DNA of 64,000 nucleotides from Camelus ferus (Eukaryota), in NCBI RefSeq assembly GCF_009834535.1, contig NC_045710.1, positions 29,574,001-29,638,000 of the forward strand. The letters run 5' to 3'. The position numbers and the translations under genes were made by a program. The notes beneath the pieces are model-generated. The model had not been told where the DNA came from. It worked only from the letters and a program-made list of their open reading frames with translations, and ran no database searches. Shown in pieces: positions 1 through 12,300 of the stretch. How positions within the stretch are numbered: position 1 is the first letter of the stretch; every line of letters starts with the position of its first letter.

Positions 1-13
1 TGAAGATTGAGTG

Positions 14-148
14 TGGGGGTGGGTATAGCTCAGTGGTAAAGTGCATGTTTAGCATGCATGAGGTCCTAGGTTCAATCCCCAGTACTTCCATTTAAAAAAA
101 AAAAAACTGGTTTGTGTTTAAAAAACAAAAGCAAAAACAAAAGAAATA
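14..148 (+). mobile_element. Camelid tRNA-Ala-derived SINE (vic-1 type)
   Basis: Head GGGGGTGGGTATAGCTCAGTGGTAAAG (A box), TTAGCAT (AGC anticodon loop), GGTTCAATCCC (B box), A-rich tail; TSD GAAGATTGAGTG (2-13) / GAAGACTGAGTG (149-160). Confidence 0.9.
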
Positions 149-679
149 GAAGACTGAGTGAATAGAAGGAAAGCAGAAATTGTAAGCACATTATTGATCA
201 ATTACATGTCACCAAATGCCATACATTTAAATCATCATTTCAGAATGACCAATCTCTGTGGAAATCTGTCTGCCCTCAGCAGCCCTTCAACCTGCAATTT
301 AGGACAGGTCATGAATCCCCCATCCTCAACCTGATTCAGACAAGCTGCCCTAAATGCTAGCACGACAAAGCCTGCACCCCATTGTGGTGATTAATTACGT
401 GTTGGCACTCACAGCTTTCCTCACCTTCATTTTGTTTCTTATTAAAGTCAAAGTTCTTTTTTTTTTAATTAGTATGCTTAGGCTCCATGACATAGGGAAC
501 ACCTAGCCAATATTTAAACCTGTGCAAAATGAGATGGTATTGATCATAAACATTGAGTTGTCAGTGAATGTTGTGTCTCTACTTGATCTTACAGCTCAGG
601 GAAATTGATGCTTATCACTCCTTAAATCTTCCATACTCATTTTTTGATGTTATTTACTAAACGTCTCCACCTTCTGGGT

Positions 680-898
680 CAGAGGTCTACAACCTCCAGC
701 CCATGGGCCAAATCAGGCCCACCCTCTGTTTTTGTAAATAGTGATCATTTACATAGTGATCATAGCCACTCATCTGCGTAGTACCTGTGGGTCCCTTCCC
801 CTCACAAAGGCAGAGTTGAGTAGTTACCACAGACACCAGTCTGAAAAGCCCAAAATATTTACTATCTGGCCTTCTACAGAAGAAGTTTGCCAAGTCCG
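680..898 (+). mobile_element. MER58A-like hAT-Charlie DNA transposon
   Basis: CAGAGGTC...GGGCCAAATCAGGCCC...CTGTTTTTGTAAATA...GGCAGAGTTGAGTAGTT...AAAATATTTACTATCTGGCC...AAGTTTGCCAA matches the recalled MER58A consensus along its length. Confidence 0.85.
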
Positions 899-902
899 AT
901 TC

Positions 903-995
903 TAGACTCCATACTTCCTAAGAACAAGGACTTGGCTATAAACTCAGTGACTTCCACATAGTAAGTGTTCAATGAACATTCACTGCATAAATAAA
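903..995 (+). mobile_element. L2 3' end fragment
   Basis: TAGACTCCATACTTCCTAAGAACAAGGAC...CACATAGTAAGTGTTCAATGAACATT resembles the L2 3' terminus. Confidence 0.55.
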
Positions 996-2273
996 TTATG
1001 TTTAATAAGTTTATCATCTCAGCCACAAAGCTACTTTTCAGGTACAGGTCTTCAGAAAGAGGAAAAGCAGATGTTTATGCCTTATTTACAGATTTTTTTA
1101 AAAGGGAGAGATCCTAAATATGAACAAAGCCCTAATTTTTCAGCTGAGGAAAGTGAGGTCCAGAAAGCTGACGTGAGTCCCCCAAGGTTAGCCCAAAGAG
1201 AGGCGAGAACTACTCAGGCAGCACATTCGTTTTTGCTCTAATTAATAAGGCGCTCTGTGAAGTCAGCCTGTTCCCGGGAGGGCCAAGGGTTTGAACTCAA
1301 CATGCATGCAATAATAATTACACTTGTTTGGAACTTTCAATTCTGACTTATTCCCTGAAGTTCTTTAAATGCTCACTGCCCCAATACATTTCCATAAATT
1401 TGGTTCAGGAATGCTACACATGCATGAAAGGACCCAAAGTACAGCTTTACAACAAACTTGGTTAATTAAACTGATGCCCAGAGAAAGTTCCAGTGCCCAC
1501 TGAGTGATTACCCCCTGCACCACTTCATTGTTTTGACAAAAATTTTTCCAGATCCGATATCTGGAAAAAAGTACTGGTTTGAATTTTAGGCATCCAACTA
1601 CTCCCTGAAGGGCAAGAGAAGAATAATCTAATTCTGCCAAGTCACACTAAAAAGTAGATAAGGATTGCCCAGCACAGCTCAATCTCTCTGTCTCTTGTTA
1701 GTATTGGCTGAAAAAGAGATGCTGGGTGGTTTGGTGCCTCCAAGGAACTTAGGCAATTTTTCTTATATCATCATTTATTTTTTCCTCCTGAGATTCTTTG
1801 TAATTCAGCCCCATAAAGGAAGGATCAGAGACAAAAATAAATCAGAGAACAGAAACACATTAGGTCTAAAAGGCTTGGAACCCACAGTCACAGCTCATTT
1901 CACTTACTTGGCAACCATCGATTTGAACCCTAGTCTGCCAAGCGCTGATGGGTATTGGAAGAAACAAAAAGGCATTTGACACAGTCCTTGGGCCCCAGGA
2001 AGAGGGCATTTCATACGGGAGAGACAAGGAGAGGATTATAGCGTCATGCAGTGGGTCCTGTGGGTCCATGAGGTAAGCCCAGGGTGCACTGAAGGACACT
2101 GAGGGACACCAAGGTCAGACTACCCCAATGGTCACGTCGAGAGTTAGCCAAATGAAAAAAGGAAGGGGAGGACAAACTCCACAAACATGAAGATACAAGT
2201 TCAAAAATAAGGAAGTAAGAGAGAACAGAACAAATTTAAGGAAGTAGAAACAGTCTACTATGTCTGGAGCCTC

Positions 2274-2348
2274 ATAACTCAGTGGTAGAGTGCATGCTTA
2301 GCAAGTGTGGGGTCTTGGATTCAATTTCCAGTACCTGTACTAAAAAAA
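2274..2348 (+). mobile_element. Camelid tRNA-derived SINE, degenerate copy
   Basis: ATAACTCAGTGGTAGAGTGCATGCTTAGCAAG...GGATTCAATTTCCAGTACC followed by an A-run. Confidence 0.85.
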
Positions 2349-3789
2349 TTTTTTTTTTCTTTTTAAAATGAGCCTCAAGGGGGAAGTGAGCCTGGAACAG
2401 AAGGCATGGACCTTTAAGCTTTGAAAATGTACACTCTACAAAGAGCATCGCTCCAAACCCAGAACGTCCTGGGTGCTGGGCTAGGCACCAAGACATGCCT
2501 TTCAGGTTAAAAAAGGTAAACTCAAGGTTAATCTTCTGTAGAGCAGGGAACTCAGTGGCCTTCTGGCTCTAATCTTCCATCCAATCTTATTCCAATATCC
2601 TAAACAGAAGATCGTCTGCTCTGGTTTGAGTGGTTTGAACACTTCCAGCTACATGGGACTTACTGCCTTAGAAAGCAGCTTATAAGAAAGGTTTCTGACA
2701 TAATGTCGAATTGGAAACTGCCTTCTCATAATGTCTTCCTGACTTTTCCCTAAAGAAAGGCTCAAATCACAGTAAGCAGAGCCCAAGATCAGCTTTATAA
2801 TGTCATATGGTCTTAACCTGATTAACACAGGGTTCAATCAGTATCCCACCCACCACGTTCCAAGATGCAGTTTATTTCTATCTCCGCAAGAAACCCAGGC
2901 CACACCAGGATCAAAGGTCTTCTGAATCAGGACACATTTCCAAGGGGGATTGGGCATCTGAACCCTGAATAGACCCTAGGAATAAAGAAGGCCAGGGGGA
3001 CAAAACAAAACGAAAAACCAACCAAACAAACAGATCCTGAACCAAGCAAAACACGAAAGCCAAAGCACATAGCTCCATGGGTGGGTAGGAGCTAAAGAGA
3101 GAAAGCCAGAGTCAGGCAGACAAGTCCTGGAGAAAGCACAGGCATGTCGCAGTGGTTCAGCTGCATGGCTCAGATTCACAAGGTATAAGGGAAGCCTGTT
3201 CAATATGACAGCGACCACCATAAAGGCACTTTAACCTAAGTACAACAAAGGAACAGGTGCAATCCCCAAGTTGGAAAATACATTACTCAATTACAGAAAG
3301 AAGGCAGAATTCCTCAAATCCTGTTTGGCTTTCCTGTTTGCTGCTAAGAAAATGATGCTGCCTCTGCAGAGTAGAACACATATCACTAATAAAGAATGGA
3401 AGCCAGGGATGGATAAGAAGACAGTGAGATCCCATAAGGGTGACTTTACATTTGTTCAAGACCCTGACCCAGATTGATTGATTCCAAGATACCAAGAGAA
3501 ACTGCAAGTGTTATCAGAGCCCCAGAGCTGCAAATCTGTGCAAAACCATGGACAATGAGAGTAGAGTCAAAGGCTGAAGCTAAGCAAATACCATCTCAGT
3601 TACCAAAAAGAGAAGTAGCTGGATTCTGTGAAAATGTGAAATTATAGACAGAGAAGCCATATTACTAACAAATAAATGGGAGAAGCTTAGAACCAAGTAG
3701 TAAAGGAGAAAGGGACAAGGAGCCATGACTAAACATACAATAAGCAATTAATAATGAGAGAGGCAAATGCAAGACTGATGACAGCAAAC

Positions 3790-3955
3790 TGTGCTCACCA
3801 TGCCAGGCATGGTTCCTAGCACTTAATCCTCAGACCAATCGTAAGAGGTAGATGCAGTAATTACCCCACTTCACAGATGAGAAAACCAAGGCACACACTT
3901 CATGTAATTTGCCCAAAATTGCACAGCTAGTAACTGGCAGAACCAGGATTTGAAC
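3790..3955 (-). mobile_element. MIR
   Basis: Antisense MIR core CCCCACTTCACAGATGAGAAAACCAAGGCAC...TTGCCCAAAATTGCACAGCTAGTAA...CAGGATTTGAACC. Confidence 0.8.
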
Positions 3956-4857
3956 CACCATCAGTGCTGCTTCTCCAAGGAATTCAGAGGTTGGTAGGGA
4001 GGTGACCTTTGAGGAAGAAGCAGAAATTGGACAAAGTTGAAGGATTCACATAAATTGGAGGGTCAGATTGAGGTGGGAATTGGTGAGGCATATGGAGACC
4101 ATGAAGAGGATCCTCACTGGAGCTCAGGGGGCAGGATGAGGACAGAGAAAAACATGGTGGCAAACATGAGGCTAGATTCAGAGCACCTTAAACAGGATGA
4201 AGAGGAGACTGGCTCTCAGTTCCACTCTCAGTGCTTTACCATTTCATGCAAGCCTTTCAAATTTTCTCTCTGCTCCCAGGATTTCCCTTCTTATCCTATT
4301 AAAGGCATTTTTGGTTGTAAGCAATATAAATCTCTTCAAACATGCACATGCAAAAAGAAAATGCGTGGAAAGGGGAATTTTATTGGGAAAAATCCAAGGT
4401 CAGGAAGAACAATCAAGCCTCATCAGGACCTTGAACCCAAGACTCTATGTCAATAGATGAAACCCGAGTGAACTTTCAGTTGGAATTGCTGATGTAAACA
4501 GTTACCTATAAGAGGGTGATAACGAGGAAAGCTCCAGTTACACGTATGTATCTCGCCTCCCCATGTAGACAAGTATTTCTAACTTCTTTGAACATGAAAC
4601 ACAGTAAGAAATACATTTTGCATCAAGACCAAGTCTATACACAATCCCAAGCAGCATATTATCTCCTTGGATAATACATTTGGCCCAGAACACCTGTTGG
4701 CTGAATGGTTGATATGTTGACTGGTGGCTATACTGCTTTCCTAGCATCTTAGAATAAAATAATCATAAAGATTCAGATAATTCAATTCATAAAGATTCAG
4801 ATAAACTGTAGAGATTATCTTGTCCAATGACTTTCAGCGTTATTTTAGTAAGTGATT

Positions 4858-5034
4858 TTTTTTAATTCTTATGTTTTTATTAAAGTGTAGTCAATTTACA
4901 AGTGATTCAGTTATACATATATATAGTTATTTTCAGATTCCTTTTTATTACAACTCATTACAAGAGATTAAATATAGCTCCCTGTGCTATACAGTAGGTC
5001 CTTTTTGTTTACCTATTTTATATATAATAATATG
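4858..5034 (-). mobile_element. 5'-truncated L1 3'UTR end (cetartiodactyl type)
   Basis: T-rich tail, then GTGATTCAGTTATACATATA...AATATAGCTCCCTGTGCTATACAGTAGGTCC; TSD TAAGTGATT at 4849-4857 and 5035-5043. Confidence 0.85.
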
Positions 5035-6021
5035 TAAGTGATTCTTTTTTCCAAGTGAAATCTTAATTGACTGCCAATATATATAAGGTTCGGGGCCAAA
5101 AAATTACTTACACTATACTCAGCGCAAAGAAGAAATAACTTTTTAAAATTTTCTGTAATGGATCTGATTTTTTAAAACCCTCAGACCACCAAACCCATCC
5201 CTCAAAGTTCAGACACCACATTGGATAGATGGGGAGAGAAATGGACAAATGGACAAATGAGTTTCAATTTAGTAAACTCAGTCTCATTTTGACTGACTCA
5301 GCCTTTCTGGTTTTCTCTCCCTCCCCAGGTCCCTCTCCAAGATGGAAGTCTGGGTACTGGGAGCACATGTGGCCGTCAGGCACTGGAGGTTGGGATGCGG
5401 ACAAGAGAAGTCCCCACTCCCCACCATCACCTTGTGCTAGTTCTTGGATGTGTATTGGACTGGGTCCACATGAAATATGGTTGTTCAAACCCACAACCCC
5501 ACCCTGGGCATTCCACTGGCTTCCGCTGCTGACAGTCTACAGCAGATATAATTCACATATTATTCTTTTTCAGTCTGGTCAGGCCCGGGGTCCCTCTTCT
5601 CTCTTGGCCCCACCTCAGCTCTCATCAACCCTGCAGGGCCCCTAAAGTTTAGCAGTGATTCCCCTACAGTCCTGACCCCAATGTCCTATCCTGCAGCCTC
5701 AGCAACATGGCCACCCACACCAGCTCGCCCCCTCCCACTTTCAGCCAGCTTCCCAGCCAGGCTCCCTAAAGCAAGGAGCCGAATTCTTTTCTACTCAGGA
5801 GCTAAGGTCAGGCCCTCGCTGTCACCAGATGGCCACTCCAGAACCTAAATTCTAAGGTATTTCAAAATACAATATCCATTTTATTTAAAACAGATAAAAA
5901 TGAAGGCAGGATGCTCAGAGCCCCACCTGCTTGCTGGGCTCTCTCTTAGCTCTTCTCAGAGGTCTAAGGGACGTCTAAGGAACCCGGGAGACTTACTGAA
6001 ACACATTTGGGAAACCACTGG

Positions 6022-6208
6022 TACGGTCTCGCTAATGAAACTTTCTGCAATGATGGACACGTGTTATGTCTACACTGTTCCTTATGGCAGCCGCTAATCA
6101 CATGTGGCTATTGAGCACTTGAGATGTGGCTAGTGCAACTGAGGAACTAAAATTTTAATGTCACTAAATTTTAATTAATTTAAATAGCTACCACATTGGA
6201 CAGTACAG
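6022..6208 (+). mobile_element. MER3 hAT-Charlie DNA transposon
   Basis: AACTTTCTGCAATGATGG...CACATGTGGCTATTGAGCACTTGAGATGTGGCTAGTGCAACTGAGGAACT...ATTGGACAGTACAG matches MER3. Confidence 0.9.
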
Positions 6209-8287
6209 CCTAGCCCGTCATTTTATAAATAGGTAGGAGGACCTTGAGGTGCACTATCACTCAGCAAATTTGTGGTAGATTTAGCAGGAAGAGCCAGGTC
6301 CTGTATTCTCTGACCCCTTGTTCCCACCGCTTCTCAGCTGTCATACTCAGGTCACTGTCTAACACAGTGATTCCTGGCTGCTTCCAACTTTAATGAAGTG
6401 GGCTGGGGCTTTGTGACAACTTGCACTGCTGTAGCATGAAACTTGGTTTGGAGCCAAACATTCTTTTTTCAAGGAGTCTGACCCCTCTAGCACCTTCACT
6501 GTGGGGGATTGAAGACCTGAGGAAGGCTGCTATAAAAATTTGAAAATAGTGTGATCTCAGCTATAACAACATCTGGAGAAGTGGCCCCCACGGATCCACT
6601 ATCCTTGAGTTTCTAGCAGTGCGAGTGAACTTTTTCATCAGAAAATGTGATTTCCTGAGATATCTTGATGACACAGCAAAAGAGTACAGCCTGTTGTGAC
6701 AGAACATTAGGTAAGGAGACATGGGCTAAGGGAAAAGCCTTTTCTTTAACTGGCTCTACATTCTTGGGCAAGGCCTTTACCTGTACTGGACCCCAATTTC
6801 GTAGTCTATAAAACACACAGCGCAATACCTTTTCCTCCCTTCTCTCAAGGATGTTATGAAGATAAATCAGCAAAATATATGAAATGCCCCTTGTTCCAGT
6901 TCCAAACTTCTCATTATTAAACACAAAAGTCAAGTTTTCCTTAATGTAAGGTGCTAGAAGCAAGCATCCTATATCACTTTATGCCAAAAAATGTTACACC
7001 ATTAACCATGGGACTACGCTGGTGCTCACTTAACTAGGAACTTCATGTTGGAGTCATTATTTTACTGTTATTTAAAAATTGAATGACGGTTCAAAACGAC
7101 AGAAGCCAAATTTCTCTGCTGCCTCCTGTTGCAGGGAGTAATTGGATTTTAAAAGACATATTTACAATATGTGCACATACTGTTTTACCAGCTAGTAGGC
7201 TGAAAGCTTTTAAGTAAGTAAGCTGGGTATGAGATTTCAGGGAAACTCAAGGGAAACTCAAATCATTCTTATCATCTTTGTTTTTGCCTTGAACAGTAAC
7301 AATAATAGTAATGACACTCTATCTTGTTATATCCAAAGAAGAAACTGGAGAAACACAGCTTTGGGGCATCTTGGTCCCACCCCAAATAACACACCTTTGG
7401 GCTATGGACGTACTTGCATGAGCCAGCAGGGGTGCCATCGGCATACGCAGCAGAACAGTGGAATCAACCGCTTGCTCCTTCTCTCATTCACGTCACTTGG
7501 CTTACACTTCCATTACAGAACTCACCATATTGTGTTTAGTAATTAATCACTATTCCACGCCCCTCACGAAGACCATGTGCTTCCAGAGGGCGGGGCCGTG
7601 TCTTATTTATACCTGGATCCCAAGCACATTCTGATCAACTGGGAAGTTATTGCTACACTGGATGATCACTGGTCCACTGGGAACCAACACTCCTAACTCC
7701 AAGTGACCAGAAAGCATCAGTGTCACCCCAACTCTATATGCACAGTTGATCCTGGCTTGGCAACATTTGTTCCAATTTAGAAATAGGTTTGATTCCAGAG
7801 TTACAACCAAGGCTTCAACCTCACTGGTGGGGAAATACACCATATTAGATAAAACAGAAATCCCAGCCTATTACCTCCCTGACCTTGAAACACAGGATAC
7901 GTGCATTGGGTGTTTGGTCTGTAATATCAACAAGAGCAGCACCTGCTGACTCCAGCCTCCCAGTATTCATCAGCATCATCTACCTCCATAGCTGAGAAGT
8001 GATCCAGAAGTATTCTGATCATTCTTACCCTGAATTCATTTCTGTGACCTTTCAGAACGAATTGGATACTGGCTTCTGGGAAGAAAAGAAAACCCTGAGG
8101 GAAAGACACAAAGGGTAAATTCCAATAATAAGCTGCTCTTAAGCCAAAATGTCAGCAAGGATAGGGACTGTTGGGATTATATGATCCACACCCTCATTTT
8201 TTCAACAAGGTGACTTGGCTATTATCACATGGCTACGTGGGACCAGAGCAAGGACTAGAACTCAGGTCCCTACAGTCCCAGTCCAGT

Positions 8288-8477
8288 CAGGGATGACTAA
8301 CCTCTCTAGTTTTCCCAAGATTCCTAAGACATGAAACTTTCCATTTTTTTTTTAAAGCAGGACAGCCTGGGCAAATTGTCTCTGTTTGCCTAAGTCCGAG
8401 AGGGTTCCCAGGATATTGGACTTTCAGGGCAAAAGCAGGAAAAGTCCCAGACAAATCAATACCAGTCGGTCACCCTA
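8288..8477 (+). mobile_element. MER81-like hAT-Blackjack element with internal duplication, inserted in a MIR (about 8185-8500)
   Basis: Termini CAGGGATGACTAAC / GTCGGTCACCCTA; 8-bp TSD AGTCCAGT / ATTCCAGT; internal GGACTTTCAGGGCAAAAGCAGGAAAAGTCCCAGACAAA. Confidence 0.75.
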
Positions 8478-9086
8478 ATTCCAGTGCTCTCTTCCCTACA
8501 TAAATCTGCCCCTGGTATCAGTGTGATACAATGTAGCACTGGTCTTGACTCAAATACTTAAGCCCAGGAAGAGCCTGGCGGTAAGAAACAGAAGTTGACG
8601 GCGTTTGCACAGCTATGTCCCCTCTATGAGGGATAAAATTCTATCCATTAATTATAACACATAAATGATCAAAACCTAGAGCCTCAAGATTCTCTATAAA
8701 TTTTTATAAGAATTTTCAGGTCTTTAAATAATTAAAAGTTAAAAAAATTCAAGAGGAAGAAAATGAGAACCATGAACATGAGCGTTATGAAGCCCGTCCT
8801 GTTTAAGTACCAAACTATGATGATATGTCCAAACTAATCAAGTTTGTCTCTGCTGAGGAAAGGCCATGCATGGAAGGCTCACAAAGTTATACCAATTAAT
8901 TGTCCCAACAGTCATTACAGAATGCAACCGTTATTCAAGAGGCACCCCTCTGACACTATAATTAGCCCGCAACTCCTGCAATTCCAGGGAAGGCTTCAGA
9001 GCCTGTGTTTAAAACTCCTGCCGTGTTTCCCACAAAAGGGAGTGGAGTTGATACTTCAGGTTCTTTGAAGGGGCTTGGCATCCTGG

Positions 9087-9300
9087 ATGCGCGATCTCGC
9101 CATTCATCATAGACTTATTTTTTTTTCTTCCCTCCAACTTCAGTCAGCAGTTTCACAAAATCAGGTCGTTGGGGGAGAATAGGCCGGAAAGTGCTGCTGG
9201 ATTGGGCCAATTCCATAGCCATGACGTCACAGACTAACCAGTCAGACACCATGGTGGGCACTTCACATATGCACGCTTTCAGTCTCGCGAGCATTCGTCA
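9087..9300. promoter_or_regulatory. Candidate promoter/enhancer with CRE, inverted CCAAT pair and BANP-like motif
   Basis: TGACGTCA 9222-9229; ATTGG-G-CCAAT 9201-9211; TCTCGCGAG 9283-9291; locally CpG-retaining unique sequence. Motif evidence only. Confidence 0.4.
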
Positions 9301-12300
9301 AGGCCAATGCCATTGCTCCGTGTCTATAAGTGAAAAGCTGAAGCTCCGAGCACTCGGGCTGCAAGACCACAGAGCTAGTGAGCATCAGTGCCAGTGTGAG
9401 TCCGGGTCTCTCTGCACCCAACTCCAGGCCCTTGACTTGAGCAGGTCTCCTCTCTGAGGTACCCGCACCACCAGAGAAACTGCTCAACGCCAGTCTTCTG
9501 AGCAGGATGAGTTTGTAAAGGATAGCACGTATCACGCTGTACACAGGGAGAGACAAGTCTCCTGGGAGCAGGAAAATATCTACTAGCCCTACTAAATGGA
9601 AAGAAAATTCCACCTTACAATTAAAGAGGGAAAAGGCAAATATATTTGCCAAAACCCCATGTGTTAGTTAAAAGATAAATAAACCAATGAAGATATTTTC
9701 CAACAGAGCCACAGTTAAGAAGCTATGAAACACGACGCTTTTACATTCACTCTGCCACGTGGAAATCTCTTCTCTGATTACCAGGCGGCTAATATCCCTA
9801 TAACAAATCCCCACAGTCCATACTCCACACGGGGACAAAATCCCTTGCTCCACTGAAAGGGGTCCTCTGGAGTTTTATATTTTAGAGGAAATATAAGGGA
9901 CAATAAATTATACTCAGCAAGTAACAAGAATGGAAAACTGGAATATACGCTTTCCTGGGGGAAGAAAAAAACACCCTCTTACCTTTGGCTTTCCTCCTTT
10001 TTTATTCTCTCCCTTTAAAAAAACAAACTGAAAAGAAACTTCCAGTAATTTCAGCTGGAAAATTACCATTCCAGATTGCTCTCCTGCCCGAGGATGATGA
10101 TAATCTGATTTACTGCCTCCTTGCCTGATTTAAGTCAGTAAAGAACATTAAGCACAAGTTCTAGATATTTTAAAAGACAAATCTGCTTTCGTCAAGGACA
10201 ATGCTGCAAACAGTCAAAGGTTTCAGTGCCCCAACTTTTAATGAATCCCCTGGAGTCTTTGAAACTTTCACAGCAAAATCATCCAAATAGCAAGTTCCCA
10301 GCCCCGTGGGACTCAGCACAGTGAGTTTCTAATCCGGGCTTCTTGTCCTGTTAACTTTGGTTTTTATGTTTTGGCAGGTATTTCCGCTTCCTTTGCTCCT
10401 GTAGAGCTCTGGGGCTGGCCCTCTCCATCATCTTGCAGGCCCCCCCTCTCTAAGGTGGTTCCCCTGGTGAAGAAAGGCCTTTTGGGAAAGCCAGGAAACA
10501 CACCCAGAATTTCTGCAAAATTCTATCATTTTGTGGAGAAATTACATGGTTATTCAAAAAAAAAAAACAAAAAACCCAAGGTTTGAGAGTTAACAGTTTT
10601 GGAGCTATCAAAATTTCTTAGAAGACTAAAAATTGGCATCAGGGCAGTCGAGGGAGATTTCATAGACTCTGAATAATTGGAAATGCAGAGTTTTATAAAA
10701 AGATCATTTAAAAGTGATTTCTCTACTTCTAAAGGGAGCTCAGAGAAAAGCTCTTAACAGGCAATTCTCGCCAGTCCATCCCAAACACAATTCGCATTAC
10801 GATGCAGTTAAAGCAGGGTACTTCAGGAATCTGAGTGTTACAATGAGATAGCAACACTTCTCAAAAGGTTTACAACGAGCACGACAGTCCCACACATATG
10901 GGAACCCATCTGACACAAATAACCAGGGAGAGACGAGCCTTTGTACCTCTGGGGCCAGGCGGGAGGTATACGAGCCGCTCCTGGCCCTCTCTGTGGCAGC
11001 GGCTGCTCTTCCAGCTCCGACCCCAGGGCCCTGGCCAAGTAGCTCCTCCCTCGTGCTTCATCAGGTCACCTTTAAGCTCATTCCCTACTTTATTTGCAGC
11101 TCCCCTCAAGGTGGGCAGAGGAAACGGAATAAGCTCAAATCAAAGCAATCACTTCTGCTGCTTTTGAACAGCTCTGATGAAAGACTTATGACAGGAGAGA
11201 GGCTAGGTAGCCACCACTACGGACCACGAGGATTTAGGATTATATGTGAATTTCAATTACCCGTGTTAAACCTCTCTCTCTAGGCTGACTGCAGTCAAGT
11301 CTCCAAAAAAAAGATAACCTGCTCCCTTCAGAGTCATGATCTCTGACACCCTCAGCCCTTCTCCTGCTGACTTGAGAAAACTGCTGAATCACTGGCTTGG
11401 CTTTCCCAGCAAAGAGACAGTCTGGTTGCAAATTTCCTAAATCCTATGAGTTCACTCCTTCTATTCCAGCCTGATCAAATGGTGGTTCTTCCCTCTTTCT
11501 TTGTCCAGAGAGAAAGAGCCCTTTTTCTTCCAACCACCTTATTAACTTTCCCATCAGTCTTTATCAGTAAGGAGTCAGTCCCACCCCCAGCACCAGATCT
11601 TCTTTTCCATCATTCTTTGTCACTTAAAGGGTCAGTTCCCACCCTGGTGCCAGCTCTTCTCCAAAACACAGTCTGAGCCGAGGAAAGCTGAGGATTCCTG
11701 GAGCCACGTAGAGCAAGGATTCTTCTGGGAAGAGGCTGGACTGAGTGACCATCGATCACTCACGTGCCGTCCCCCCTACAATAATAATCACCCCTTTATT
11801 CAGATCCAGCCGTTTACAATGGTCTGTCCAAGGAATTGGCGAAGTCCCCATCTACCAACGTGAAAAGTAGGCTGTGGAAAGGCAGCCCAGAGAAATGCCA
11901 AGAGCATTAGGCTAGGAGCCAGAAACTGAAACTGACATTGGTTAAGCAGTAAGGTGAAAGTCAGAACTCAAGTCTGTCTGGCCCTAAAACCTACGCACTT
12001 AACCACAACTGTCCTCCTTCCTATGTTAATAAAATGCTAATAGTCACTGCTCATGAACTGTATGCTGGATGCTGGATTGGGCACTGCTATACCCAATTTT
12101 TATAGGTAGGGAAACCAGTTTCAGTAAAATAACTGGTGGTGCCAATATTTGAGCCCCATTCTGTCTGACTCTACAGCCAGCTGTGGCACCATTCAGGTGT
12201 CCAATGAACAGAAGCAGGTTGGAATAAGAAAAGGGAGCAAGACTCTGAATAGCACCCATGACTATGGAGGCTGGGTGGCGCCCCAGCCAGGGCAGAACTG

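Noticed and set aside
15-90. Apparent tRNA-Ala(AGC) gene (also at 2274, 20778, 25676, 39035, 51991)
   Set aside because: Broken stems, poly(A) tails and TSDs identify these as SINE copies, not functional tRNA genes.
4037-4460. Overlapping 139-aa and 87-aa ORFs
   Set aside because: No recognisable homology or exon structure; expected by chance in 64 kb.
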